Origin: Styela clava
Taxonomy: Eukaryota
DNA: 64,000 nucleotides
Direction of reading: 5' to 3'
NCBI RefSeq assembly: GCF_964204865.1
Contig: NC_135261.1
Span: 8,680,001 to 8,744,000, forward strand
Part shown: positions 25,203 to 38,700 of the stretch, piece by piece
Position numbering within the stretch: the first letter of the stretch is position 1
How the letters are laid out: every line of letters begins with the position of its first letter
Position numbers and translations under genes: made by a program
The notes under the pieces: generated by a model
Told to the model about the DNA's origin: nothing
The model's database searches: none
The model's input: the letters and a program-made list of their open reading frames with translations, nothing else

Positions 25203-28200
25203 TCATCTATCAAAACCCATGAAATTCTCTGGATGTTCAACTGACTCGTAAAGGTGAAGTTGTACATTGATTTCGCTTTCCATGAGTTTGTTCCACATCA
25301 GAGTCAGTTGCTGAATTGTTGGATTCATAGATGGGAAAGCCACCCAGACAACCCATTCATCTGAAATACATTGTACAAGTTACAATGAACAGTGCAGAAG
25401 GAAAATTTTACATGCCATTTTGTGGTAAATATTCTTGCAATATTACTATAGAAAAATGATAGAATTGCCAATCATGACAGATTCAAAATAATGTTGTGTA
25501 CTTCAGTACAATACACAAGACAGAGAAGTACGGGATGACGATGTACAATAGTCGGTTCATGGCACATCCAGGTTTCGATGTGAAAATATGGGAGTAGGGT
25601 ATGAATCGTCAATTGAAATCTTTTTACAATAAATATTAGTACTTTTTTCTCACTTTGAAGCCGACATAAAACAAACAAACATAAAACAAATTCAACCTTG
25701 TTGTAAGCCGACATAAAACAAATTCAACCCTGTTGTGATGTGAGAAACACGCAACACTGGAATATATCAAACTGTGTTTCGCTGTTAATGACACACAATT
25801 TTAGCTCTTCGAATACCTCACAGTAGTGCGCATTCCATTTTTGGAGCATTGTTTCAATTCCAACATTCTACCCCTAAAAGATACTGGCTGCGCCCCCGAT
25901 TGCAGTTGGTTTAAAACAATCCTCATTATTATTGCTTTTACTGTAGTTTTGTTGCATAAGACTACGATATGTACATAGAACAATAGTATCATACTGGTTT
26001 TGAGTGAGACAATAAAGCCTAAATCATTACTTGATCCATACATTAGGTGCACAGGCCCATAAGTCACGCAATCGATTCTTGAGAAATAGGGATCTTAATT
26101 GTGCCTCATGATCAATAAATTACAGCAGCCTATATATTTATATACCTGAATAACTGCAGAATGCATAAATCATATAATTCTCCTCATCACTTGAAATCAA
26201 AAGATCACCATTTAACAGAGCATCATCTGAACATCAAGAAATAAAAATATAGAATAAAGATATCAAATAACATTTTCCCTTAAACAACTTTTTATACCAA
26301 TTTTACCTATTTTCGCTGCATCTTCACTTCTTCCACCCTCTGGAGTTAAAGTATGTGATGCTTCGAGAGCTAGTTCTGTTTTTTAAAAAAAAAATTTCTA
26401 ACTAGAATATTATGCCAAATTTGAATAAAATGTTAATTAAAAATATATACCATCATTCTGTGCCAATCTGTAGATACCTGCTTTCTTCTCTGTATAGTGA
26501 ACTGCATAAGTTTGTGGAGGAAAACTGAAATATGAAGTTAACATTATCTCATAATTAGTTACAGTTTGTCAATTTATTAATATAAGACCTAATTTGACTA
26601 TGGAGCATTGTGGTAAGCATTTCTCATTTGAAAAATATCCTACTTCTTGTGTAGTTCTGTGACAATCATGCTCATTCCTGTGCTTGTTTTAGTGAAATTG
26701 TGTAGTTTTGCACCAAATATATCTTTATCCATTACTGGGTCAAATGTGTGGAGAACTCCGTACCAGGCTCCAGAAAACTGTAATTTGAGAAGCATAGTAA
26801 ATGTACATAAATACAGGGTGTCCAAAAAGTTCCGCCCGATTTCATAGAATTACCAATCGCAAAATTGAATAAATTTGGTTGCATGATAAATGGGGACTAC
26901 AACATTTAACATCTATAACAGTGGTCGGCATCCTTTTTTCGGTGACGGACCAGTAAAGCCTGACCCAAATTTTGGCGGACCACCTTATATAGACTTACCA
27001 AGCTTATGTGATAAATTATATGTATTAGGAAAAATAGGTTGATATTGAATTCAAAAATAAAAGTGATGCTATTCAAGTAACATGTTTCTTACGTTTGGCC
27101 TACTATGATTTTGTAGTTTTCAATTTTGAAAACCCGACCTCACATAAAGGTAATAATGCCTCTTAAGCTTGTTTTGCTATGCCGGTGGTATTAATTTAGG
27201 AGTAGGGAAAAGTGGGGAAGGTTGGAATACTTTTTTTTTCTTTCACAACTTTTGAGCCTTTTATTTTGCAGAATCATTTCACTTTGCGCGACTAATGCAG
27301 AGAGGTAAATGTAGTTTGTGTTCAGCAACTAAGAAATCCTCTTGCGACACACATCTTACCACGATATTGCTTTAAAAAACGTTTGTCAAGTGTCCCATTG
27401 TGCCCCACGAGTGGGGCACATTCGGACAGGACCTGGGGCACAGTGGGCATGAAGTATGCCCTTGAAAATAAGCAATTAATCGGCATTACCTTCTTAAGAA
27501 CAGGGAGACTTCAAATTTGAAGATCCAGGATTTTTAAAATCGATGTTCAACCAAAATATTTTAGATATTTTTACACAAAATTCCGCAAACAAATTATTTC
27601 ATCTTATTTTCCAATTCCAAATCTGGAAATATTTTTGATTCTCGAATATATTTCATATCGGGTCATGGGTCGAAAGATACCATGATATTAAACAAAATAT
27701 AACGCATCTCTAGGCCTCTAAGCACTCATTGTATCAAACACTGTTGAATTGTGCTCAGTATAGGGCATGTCCCACTGAACCCCGGTTCATTGTTTAGGAA
27801 ACAAATATTTTCGAACAATCACACAGCGAAATTAGGAAGGCAAATCTACTCGCCAAAGTTATGAATATTTTACAGTGGAGTAAAGCTGAAAAATATCAGA
27901 CGGTGGTTTGTCATGTTGGAAAGGCTAAAGTAGAAAAAAGAAAAAACTGGAATGGTGAAATTTTAGTTTCCATCCCCTAAAATCAATTTCACCTCATAGC
28001 TTGCGTCGCTTTGCACGGCCGTTGTCCGTTTGCGGGGACGTTGTAACTCACCTATAGGCGGGGATCCCATCGATCTGGAACCCAAAATAAGGACGACTGG
28101 AAAATTTTCTGCATTGTGAGCAGAAATAGCTGGCTTCCCTATGGCCTCCAGGGTAATGTCACAATTACAGACGTCACAGTGTGCGAAGCACTCACCCTTC

Positions 28201-29428
28201 AAACTTTGTTTAGCTTTGAATTCTTTCCCGTACTCATCACGGAAAACTTTCTTACATTTGCTCATTTTTAAATTTAGGCTAGAATAACCACCACCATGAC
28301 AAAACCTCAGAATCGCCACACTATCAATGATTCATGCCTTCTGTGCCTTGCTTCTTTGTGTTCCGAATAAGATTGTGTTGCTTTTATGATGCCACAATAA
28401 AGCTTCGGCGATAAAACAAACAACACAAAGCTTCCTTTATCGAGTCAAAATATCACAAAATAAGGACACACAAGCCAAAAATAAGGACGCAAGCTAGCAA
28501 GCTAAAAATAAGTCAAAAATAAGGACAAATCTTAACAAAAAGGACGGTATGGTCTCCCTGCCTATAGGCGAACTCGAACATCAAACCACATACGTGATTC
28601 CGGATATAGTCTAAGTGTAAGAGCCGATTTTTCACTGTGCCCCATGTCCCACCGTGGCCCTATTGACTAAAAGACTGCCAAAGTACCCTATGAATGCAAA
28701 GACTCTTTCCAACTCATTATTGTTTAAAATTTCAATCCACTATTCCATACAGGACTATCTAGTCGCTGATAAAACAATCTCATTGTGCAAGGATGTTTGT
28801 GAGGCATCAGTTGGAAGCTTAGTATGACAAAGAATGCAAATCGGGCCAATTTTGATGCTCTCACTTACAGCCATACAATTATATTGCAAGTACAATTCAT
28901 TGTACTTTTTAGTCGTATGGTTGTGGTTGTTTGATTTTAAAGATGTTATTAGAACATTGTCCTTTTTGTGTCACGTTTCTGCGGACCGGTAGTATTCTTT
29001 CCTCGCGCCGGCAATGGGCCGTGGCCCGGTGGTTGCCGACCACTGATCTATAACATCCAATTAGATACAGGTTTACTATAAATCTTTTTTAATTAAATTT
29101 GAAAAAAAAAATAACATTTGATTATAAAAACTTTTTGGACACCCTGTATAAGTGATATTGTAATATTCTTTATTATGGTGGGCTTTTAAAGATTGGGCAA
29201 TAATCAATTAAAACAAAGAAAACACATCTCCTTGATTAGAAAATGTATATATGCTGATGCTAAACACAAATTTTTTTTCAAAGTTTGAAATTTAAAGAAT
29301 GTACTCACGTTATTCCAGTCAATATCTTCATTATCCTCTGGAATGTTGCATTGTTTAGTCTGTATGAATTCAAAACTTTGAACCAACATCAATAGCAAAA
29401 TGTGCCTGCTGTTTTTCAAAATGAACAT
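25203..29428 (-). CDS. Lipocalin-like secreted protein, copy F (class I, 211 aa)
   Basis: Exons 29428-29309, 26777-26644, 26524-26451, 26375-26307, 26226-26146, 25360-25203. Protein MFILKNSRHILLLMLVQSFEFIQTKQCNIPEDNEDIDWNNFSGAWYGVLHTFDPVMDKDIFGAKLHNFTKTSTGMSMIVTELHKNFPPQTYAVHYTEKKAGIYRLAQNDELALEASHTLTPEGGRSEDAAKIDDALLNGDLLISSDEENYMIYAFCSYSDEWVVWVAFPSMNPTIQQLTLMWNKLMESEINVQLHLYESVEHPENFMGFDR. Intron 1 is expanded by nested transposons. Confidence 0.9.
27205..28660. mobile_element. TA-flanked GGG...CCC element (pogo/Tc1-like), third layer
   Basis: Imperfect TIRs ta-gggaaaagtggggaagg and atgtcccaccgtggccc-ta, with subterminal ggggcaca/tgtgcccc repeats at 27400-27450. Confidence 0.55.
28059..28560 (-). 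mobile_element. Internally deleted hAT-type element with transposase N-terminal zinc-finger remnant, fourth layer
   Basis: Perfect 8-bp TSD cctatagg, imperfect TIRs cggggatcccat / atggtctccctg, aaataaggac subterminal repeats. Encodes MSKCKKVFRDEYGKEF...AHCDVCNCDITLEAIGKPAISAH (C-x2-C...H). Confidence 0.78.
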
Positions 29429-30950
29429 CTTCTTTTTATCCTATTTAAATATTTCAATGCAGATGAATAATGAAATAAAGGAAGAATTCTTATCAAATAT
29501 TCTCTAGTTATATCTACTGTAGTTTCGTCATCATTCATTCGTATGTAGGTATGTATAAACTAATAGATTTGAAAAATTGCTGTCTGCAGTGTGACAAAAT
29601 TTTTTATTAGTGTATATAATACACAAACAAAATTTTACTGTTTACTCTGTCAATAGCATAAAAACATCAACCTGAATAAATCCCGCCAAGTCTCTCCATT
29701 CTGACTGGAACTGTTTGTAGCAAGTCTTGCTTCTTACAGCACAGTTTTATAGGTTTTGGGTAGGAAATAGCTATATAATGAAATGCATGACATCAGTTTG
29801 TTTATATCATGTATAATAAAAACAACTAATGAAAAATTGCAATTAGGATAGCGTTCCATATTAAAAACATCTAAGACAGTTGAATCCCATTGTTATGTAC
29901 ATGACTCAATTTTCATCTATTCTGTCAAATAATTAATGGAAGTAATATTGGAAGCATTGAAATAATATAAAATGATGTGACGCTACTATCCTGATTTATC
30001 ATGAAAATCAATATATATAAGGATCTGTCAAATACTGTCAAAATATGGGACACACTCATTTGACATAGTGTCATGGAGATTGTTAGCACAGCTTTGAAGT
30101 AATCAATATATTTTAATAGCCCTCAGACTCAACTTATTTGGGGTGTTGAAATATCTTTGATAAAGATCTGGTGAATTTTTTTTTTGCTATTCTCTGCTGC
30201 CTCTACTTTTTGCGCATGTTTTCCCTTGTTTTGGACTCAAAGTATAATCATCAAATCAAAAAAATTTTCCTATGCTCAACCTGACATTTTTATTAGTTTG
30301 TTTTAGTAAGTTTAGTGTTTAGTAAGTTTTACTTCAGATCAACTTTCTTTCTTGTTTTATATGAATTCGAATGCTGTGTGGTGGCTTGAATGATTTATTG
30401 AAAAAGTTGTCTTGAACACTCTAAAAACAAGGCGGGTTCGCTTTTCTCCAGAATTGGTACTTTTTGCTGTTCACAATAACTTCTGGTCCTTTCTCACGAA
30501 AAAAGTATATGTGTATTAGCTTATCTTAGCTTTGTACAGTAGGGGAATATGTTTAGGGTATTGTAGTAAAGTGCCTTTCTGGAACCGTGTATGGAGCGAA
30601 ATTTCAAGCATATATTAAGGCAATGTCTCATTTTCTCAAATATTTCATTGTCATATATTTATTATATTGTTCTCATGACTCAGAAAACCTCACAACAAGA
30701 GCGACAACTGTTATCAGTATTTTGTGCCAAGTTCATCATATCATTCATTTTTGGGAATCAATGAAAACAAAGATACATTAATGATGAAATGAATTCTTCT
30801 TTCAAATCATAAAATTATAAAGAGAAAGGATATTTGTTTTCCATTTTTTTATTGGCCATCTTCTTTCTAAGATTTAAATTAAATGCTGTGTTATAGTTTC
30901 TGATTAACCGGACTAGTATTCAAGGCTGTAACTATTGCACCGAGAGCTTG

Positions 30951-32687
30951 TTACTTTAAATCTTTCATCAACTCCGGATGTTCAACAGTTTTAGAAGGGT
31001 AAAGTTGCACAATGATTCCTTTCTCGATGAGCTTGTTCCACATCAAACTAATTTGGCGAATAGTTGGATTTAAAGTTGGAAATGTCACCCACACAATCCA
31101 TTCATCTGAAAAATTGTGAGAACTAATATCATTTGTATGTAGAGTCAATATTTAAAAAGATTCGATGTAAAATAAATATGTCTTATCTATAGTTTAGGTA
31201 TTATTGCACTTGTAGTCAGTTGCTATTTCCTCAAATTTAACACAAATTTTCCCTTACATATAATGTTGTATTACTTCTAATAGTGAGCTGGCGTTCCTTA
31301 TGAACCTCCTTGGCTGATTTTTAAGGACAATAAAATTTATGGTTTGCTTTTAACATACCGGTACTTGATTCACAAACCTTCACTATCAGGATGTAACTTT
31401 CCTGTTTTTTTTTAGAAAATCATGATAATTTTTTACCTTATTGCATATATGGTGGCTGTTCATTATGATTGAGTTATTTTTATTACTCATAAAAACTATT
31501 TACTCGTGAGTGAGTCCACTTTATTACTAATTCTATCAATATTTCTAAGAGTAAATTATTGTAGAAAACATAAATATCAACTCGAATGAACTACGGTAAT
31601 ATCAAAATACCCACAATACCTGAAAAACTGCAGAATGCATGGACCATATAATTCTTTTCATCACATAGAATCAGACTGTCGTCATTGAATAAGGCATCAT
31701 CTGAATATTAAAAGATGTAATTTTAATATCGGCAATATGTTTACAATAATCGATTGTGATCTGTAAATTCAATTATAAATTACCTATTCTTTTAGCATTT
31801 TCATTTGTTCCTCCGTCTGGTGTTAGAGTGTGTGAAGCTAAAACAGCTGGTTCTGTAACAAAATATACAATTTCCTATCTAATATATATTTCAATTTCAC
31901 TATGTACTTATGTTCAAAATTGATACTTCTGCTCATTTCCTCTCTATAAACGCCTGCTCTTTGTTTGATCCAGTTCCTTGTAAATGTTTGAGGAGGAGAA
32001 CTGAAATAAAGTAGAACTTATAGTTAAATATCTTCAATTACTGAATCCATTGCTGATTTAGTCAAGCGTTGCATAATTTGATTCCAAAGAAAATTTTGTT
32101 CATTTGTATATGTGGAATTTCAAAATCTCTTTTTTTTTCTATTTTTAATCTTTGAAATCATGTTATCTTGATTTTTTTTGACTAATAAATTGAAAACTTA
32201 CTTTTTATGTAAATCTGTGATTAACAGTTGGATTTCTTCATTTGTGTTTGTGAAATTCCATAGCTTTGCACCTATAACATTTTTTTTCATGACCTCATCG
32301 TTGGTGTGCAGCACCAGATACCATTCATTCTCAACCTACACACAACAATATGGTTTGCAGTTGCTTTTGGGTTATTGTACATGCAGTCAAAGTTTTGCTT
32401 AAACTCAATTTTAATATCGGCTATGTCGCTTGTCGGAATTTGCAGTTTAGTAGAATGTGGAAATCCTCAGACACATTCATTGTGAAAAAATGTATTTGCT
32501 TAGTTCCAATGTTTTCTTTTAAAAATGTTTTGGAAAAACTTCACTCCTGAGATAGATACATACATACCTTATCCCAGTCAATGTCTTCATTGTTCTCTGG
32601 TATTTTGCATTCGTTTGCATGGTTAATCTTGAAGCTTATAACAAACATTAAAAGTGGAATACACATTTTCTTTTTCAAAATTAGCAT
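30951..32687 (-). CDS. Lipocalin-like secreted protein, copy G (class II, 210 aa)
   Basis: Exons 32687-32568 (MLILKKKMCIPLLMFVISFKINHANECKIPENNEDIDWDK), 32335-32202 (VENEWYLVLHTNDEVMKKNVIGAKLWNFT...), 32000-31927, 31852-31784, 31700-31620, 31105-30951. Open frame, GT-AG. Confidence 0.9.
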
Positions 32688-33584
32688 TTTGTATTCTATG
32701 CTGCTAAATCTTAGTTCTAAATACTGCAATATAAAATCTTATCATAACCTGTAAATAAATTTGTGGTTATTTATTCAAATATTCAGTAGTTTGTATAATA
32801 TTTTAGAAATATTTCATCAATAGCTATGTGCAACTTCAATTGTTATAATGAAAAATGAATAATAAAGTGTCCACATTTGACATACGGTACTTACCTCACC
32901 CCCTCAAAATGCAGACTGTTTATTGCAAGCCTTGCATTTTGCACATATACTTGTGTACATGATGATTTCCTTTATTTCCTAGCTGTGTGAAATACGAGAT
33001 TTTTTTGTTTGTTTATGCTGTCTGACAATTTAGAACATGCATGCAGAATAATAGTTGCTGTACATATTTTTATATCCAAGTCTTTCCACCCAATCTATTT
33101 TTCGTCACATGAAGTTCTTCTATATTTTAACCTACCGTAATCTCTTTTTTTTATCATCCATATATATTTACTACATATTTATTCATCATATATTCTGGTG
33201 ATCGTGCATTTGAATGAAAGGCTCCAATATATCCACAACGTGATATATCTTTTCATACTTTCTATTCAGATAAGTTGTTCATAGGTTGTATATTTATTTT
33301 GGGGTACTTTGGGTAGTTTGATGTTTGAATGGGAGGCATTGTGACTTGTGAGTATATTTCCTTACATGGTAAATCATGAAAATCTGTATCATTTTCGTAC
33401 TGCATGGTGGCATATGATAGGTATTTCAGTATCTATATTTGTAGTTCTTAAACACATATTGGTTATGAATATTAAAAATGATCATATTTATTAAACTTGT
33501 TACAATAGCGCTGCCCCTTTTTAAAATCAAGACCAATAGATAAGAATGCAGGAGGAGTATGTAAAAGCTAGTTTTATATATGCA

Positions 33585-33895
33585 TGACTTCATGACCTCA
33601 CCAGATACGAGTCATTCTCAACTCACATACAACAATATGCTTTGCAATTTTTACTGGATATTAAGTGCAATCAGAGCAATCAGAGTTGCTCAAACTCATT
33701 TTCATTAATAGCTGTGATTTGCAGTTTAGTGGAATGCGGAAATCCTCAGACACATTTGTTGCGAAAAAGAATGAATTTGCTTAGTCTCTATATTTGCTTC
33801 GACAATGAAATTTCACACCTTAAGTAGATACATACCTTATCCCAGTCAACGTCTTCATTGTTTTCTTGAAATATACATTCTTTTGCCTGGTTATA
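33585..33895 (-). pseudogene. Decayed G-like fragment (partial exons 1 and 2 with intron 1)
   Basis: About 33893-33836 reads NQAKECIFQENNEDVDWDK with a GT donor. The intron matches G intron 1. An internally deleted exon-2 remnant lies near 33590-33622. Confidence 0.72.
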
Positions 33896-34157
33896 ACGAA
33901 CAGCAAAAGTGCAAACAGCAAAATATTTTAGAATTATTTTATCAATAGCTATGTGCAACTCCAAAACAATGATTCTTTGTGCTATAGCTATAATGATCAA
34001 ATTGCAAAGTGTCCACATTCGACATACTTACCTCTCTCGATCAAACTGCAGCCTTTCATTCTGTACATATATTTGTGTACATGATGATGCTTTGTTTTCC
34101 AAACAAAGCGGGATAAAATGCGTATTTTTTTTGTTTATGCTGTCTGACAATATAGAA

Positions 34158-35181
34158 CAGGGGTGTCAAACTCGTGGGTTTTCAAGGGCCGCATTGCATT
34201 TTGGAAGTTGTGCAAAGGGCCGCAAACAGTTTTTGATATATTTTGATAATGTATACTTAAAGCATATTTTTAGATATGTGTAGTTTGTGACATATATTGT
34301 GATGCAATCAAATAGCCGAATAAAGTTTTGTTATTTTCTGAAATTTCAAAATTACATTTACATAATAATATATTGTGATGCAATCAAATAGCCGAATAAA
34401 GTTTTGTTATTTTCTGAAATTTCAAAATTACATTTACATAATAATATATTGTGATGCAATCAAATAGCCGAATAAAGTTTTATTTTCTGAAATTTCAAAA
34501 TTACATTTACATAATAATTTCTTGGTGTTTCACTATTAGTGCAATTTACTGTATTTATTACAAATATCAAATTTTTTTACAACTGTCCAAATCACTTTTG
34601 AACAAAGATTTGATGCGGAAAGAATAATACATAAACTAAAAATGACTTAATCTAATATATACCCCTAAAATTTACAAAAATACTACCGAATAAACTCAAT
34701 GTTTTTTTTTATTACATATGTCATGACGTTTGGCATCTCTTTTGAGCCACTAGCTTACTAATATCAGACTGAATTGATTTTACAGTACCAACTCTGATTA
34801 ACGAGGTCACATGATCATCGGTTATACTGGATCATTGAGAATGTTTTAATGCAAAAATATTACATTCATCATTTCATGTGTAGATCAGTAAACAAAAGTA
34901 ATGACTGACTTTTCGGACCATACATTTCTCGCCACATTTTCTACCATTGGCACCAAGTGGCATATGACGGTTGTAAAATACCATTAATACTTTTTAGAGT
35001 TATAATAGCGATAACGCTTACAAAGGGACATAAATAAGCTTTCAAGAGCTGGGTGGTGCTTCTCGTGCGTTTGAATGACGAGGAATAATTTTTTCATAGA
35101 TTTATGAAAGACATTGGGATTCGAATAATACCGAGGGGGCCACTTGAAAACCTTTGTCGGGCCACAGGTTGGACGACCCTG
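34158..35181. mobile_element. Hybrid hAT element with ends from two different insertions
   Basis: The left end caggggtgtcaaactc sits in class II upstream sequence. The last ~33 bp match the right end of the E intron-2 MITE and are followed by E-like intron 2. Confidence 0.68.
34292..34517. repeat. 76-bp tandem repeat x3
   Basis: Unit atatattgtgatgcaatcaaatagccgaataaagttttg...cataata starts at 34292, 34368 and 34444. Confidence 0.92.
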
Positions 35182-35246
35182 GTATAAGACCTAATGTGAC
35201 TGATGCAGAATTGTGTAAACTGTCTCTCATGTGAAAAATATCCTAC

Positions 35247-35955
35247 CCCTTATGTAGTTCTGTGACCGTTTTGACCATTCCTGTGCTTGTTTTGATGAAG
35301 TTCTGTAGTTTTGCACCAAATACACTTTTATCCATTACCGGGTCATCAGTGTGGAGAACCAGATACCAATCATTAGGAAACTGTCAATAGAGAAGTACAT
35401 GAACATAACTGATCTCTTTATATTCTGTGATTGATGTATCTTCTGAAGATAGGGCGATAATTTCAATTCCAACAAAGAAAACAAATACTGATTGATGCAA
35501 TATATATATGCTTATGCTAATCACACAGATTTGTATAATACTGATGTTTTGTTGCAGAGAGATATATCATATTTTGAGGCACACTACAAATCCCCCTTTT
35601 TCTGCAAAAATATATTGTGCTTCTTATGAGCCAGTGTGCCGAATGTATGGTTCGGGTAGTACTTTATGCTATATTGTCTATACTCAAAACCAGTACCAAT
35701 TGTGTCTTATTATAGCATGTATGAGCTTATGTATGGACGAAAACCCAAACTAAATAATTATTGTTTATTCACCTTAAGGTCTGTAAAATATGGTATTGTA
35801 TTTTCGTTTGCATTTACAAGGAAGAATGTTCTCACATTATTCCAGTCAATATCTTCATTATCTTCTGGAATGTTACATTGTTTAGCCTGAATAAATTCAA
35901 AACTTTGAACAAACATCATCAGCAAAATATACCTGCTGTTTTTCATGATGAACAT
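35247..35955 (-). pseudogene. Lipocalin-like copy H, E-like, exons 1-2 only
   Basis: Exons 35955-35836 and 35380-35247 are near-identical to copy E, including intron 1. Exons 3-6 are absent beyond a transposon junction near 35150. The NFT sequon is changed to NFI. Confidence 0.82.
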
Positions 35956-36944
35956 CTTCTTTTAATCCTAGTCAAATATTTTAATGCTAGATGAATAATG
36001 AAATAATTAATCAACTCAGAATAGGTTAAAGATTTTTATGAAATATATTCTGGTTCCATCATCATTATGTATCTATAAACTGAAAGTTCTGGAAAATGAC
36101 TGTATGCTGTTGACATTTCCACTAGTTTTCAGTGTGACAAAAGTTTAGACAAATCTTTCCTGGTTATTTGGTACATGACATAAAAACATCAACCTGAATG
36201 AATACGTGTCAAGTCTCTTCATTCTGACTGGAACAGTTTGTGCCATCTGAGAAGTCTTGCTTCTGACAGCACGATTTTATAGACTTTGATAAGAAATGTC
36301 TTGAAAAAACTGTCATACAAACGCATGATACCTCTTTGTTTACGATATTAACAACTAATAAAAGCTTGCCATTAGGGGAGGGAACGTGCCATAGTGAACT
36401 TTTAAGACATTTCAATACCATTGCTCAATACAAGCTTTTTTGTACATGTACCTAATATTCACCTATTCTGTCAAATAATGGTAGTAATATTGGAAGCATT
36501 GAAATATTAAAAAATGGTCTGGCAATATTATCTTGCACAATAATGAAAATATATCAAGATCATTATTGTTTATACTGTCAAAATATGTGACAGAATCATA
36601 TAACATAGTGCCATGAAAATCGAGAGCACAGTTTTAAAGTAATCAATATGTTTCAGTAACTCCTTCTCTTAGACATATTTGGGTTGCTGAGGTATCTTCA
36701 ATACAGATCTTTTGGATTTGTTCTTTGCTATTCTTTTCTCATGGTTTTTCCACATGGTTTTCTTTTTGTTTTGGAATCATAAAGTATAAATTTATTTTTA
36801 TGCTCATCCTGACATTTTATTAGTTTGAGAATGTGAAATTATGAATGTCTATTAACTTGTTAGTTTTACTTCAGATCAACTTACTTTCTTGCTTTATATG
36901 GATTCGAATGCTGTGTGGTGGTTTGAATAATGTTTTCAAAAATG

Positions 36945-37640
36945 ACTTCATGTGCATGAACTTTGATGGTAAAAGAAAGAGTAGCCAGTGTAACAAAGTA
37001 ATTAGCAACAGGGCTATTGGGAAATTACCTTCCTTAGTCCTTACTTACTTTATTTACACCATTCTGGGGTTGAAAAGATGAATGTTGTTGAAAGATTGTT
37101 ATTGGGAAGTAGAAAGCAATCTGAAATGAACCCAATTTGTCTTTAAACAATCTTGCCTCTCATTCAACACTGCTTGCTGTTCATCAACCCTGGATCTTCA
37201 TCAACTTTTTCCATCACAAATGACTCATTTCACAATGAGTTTAGATGTGAGTGGTGAAACTAAATCAATTGACTTAGATATCTCCGAAGCTTTTAATAAA
37301 TTTTGGCATGCTGGAATCTGTACAATTCGATCTTGTGTTATATCTGAACATTTTTTGCCATATATCTTTTTTCTCAGATTGCCAATTCAAAGTTGTTATT
37401 GAGGTTCAATCCTACCAAACATTCTCAATTTTATCTAGATGTTCTTCGTAATCGAATCAATCCTTTGACCTACATTGTTTTTAATATTCATCAAAGACAC
37501 TCCACATAACCTCATTTTCAATTTATCCTTTGGACTTCGATTTTTATTCTTGTTTTGATGTGAAATCTGGTAAACATCGTAGTTTGGAACTTGCTAAGTT
37601 TAACGTTTTGTCAAGTAATTGGTATGTTAATCCTTATAAT
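36945..37640 (+). mobile_element. Decayed LINE RT fragment, duplicate of 21620-22313
   Basis: GETKSIDLDISEAFNKFWHAGI and PTLFLIFIKD motifs. Confidence 0.75.
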
Positions 37641-38700
37641 ATCAATGTCGGTGAAAAGAAGAACAATGAACAAACAGACAAGCTTGGACTGATCTTAATT
37701 TAATTTGCACAAATCACTGGACTAGTGCCCATGTGATAGTAATAAACCTGCTAGAAAGTATTCATGAAAGTATCAAAAATGCTGTGCTGCTAGGCTTATT
37801 TGTTATAGATATTGTTGCAGATAATATAATGAGCTGTGTTCTTTTATACTTCCAAAACTTGGCCCTAAAAACTTTTAGCTGTCAAACTTTATTAGCTATG
37901 AGCTCTCACCCATTGACCATCAATCTACCGTCCAAACCAAAAAAATTAATAAATCTTTATGGAAAACTTTCGAGTTGTGTGAAGTCACTTCGTCATAGCT
38001 GTTTTCTGACTGTATTGTCATAAAGTATGAAAAACTTTTTTCAGAGAATGATTCTCTTTGTGTTTGAGAGAGTGCATGTGACTTTCCTTTGAGTGAATTT
38101 TAACTATTAAACTCTTAGAGTTCAGGTTTATACATACCACTTATCTAAATCGTTGAAGAATTGCTAGTACTTGTATTTAGGAACAAAAAAGGGAGTTAAA
38201 ATACTGATCACAGCTAGACAATGCTTCTAGTATTGATTTTAACTCCTTTGCTCAATGTATCATGATAATTTAAAGTGTTGCATCAGATGAATTGATCGAC
38301 AGTTGAAAATAATTTATAAATACATCAGATATCTTTGCACTTTGACAGCTAGGGTACTTACGATATTACCCCTGAGTGACTTGACTTACTATTTTGTGAC
38401 TTTAGTCCTGTCTACTTTGATGAAAGCATTAATCATGAAAAGAATGCGAGGCAATATAGTTTTTTTATTTCAATTTTTACCATCAATAAATTAATTGTTA
38501 ATGAACAGTAGTTGATTTTTAAATATTCTTTTCTCGATGATTGTATGAAATGAATTCTTTTTTACGTCCACAATTCATTTTGGTGACTTATCAGACAAAT
38601 ATATAGGGATATAATGGACATAACATTGCTGATTATATGAGTTGATGTAGTGGATGAAAACATGATACACATAATTCTATCTCCAGTTTTTATAGGATTT

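Larger units (their letters stand above)
26919..29045. mobile_element. hAT element, second layer
   Basis: TIRs cagtggtcggca / tgccgaccactg and perfect 8-bp TSD atctataa. Confidence 0.88.
26814..29146. mobile_element. Tc1/mariner MITE, outermost layer of the nest in F intron 1
   Basis: TIRs cagggtgtccaaaaagtt / aactttttggacaccctg, TA TSD. Empty site in I intron 1 near 40533. Confidence 0.85.

Noticed and set aside
34292-34517. CRISPR-like array
   Set aside because: The units are contiguous with no unique spacers, the context is eukaryotic and there are no cas genes.
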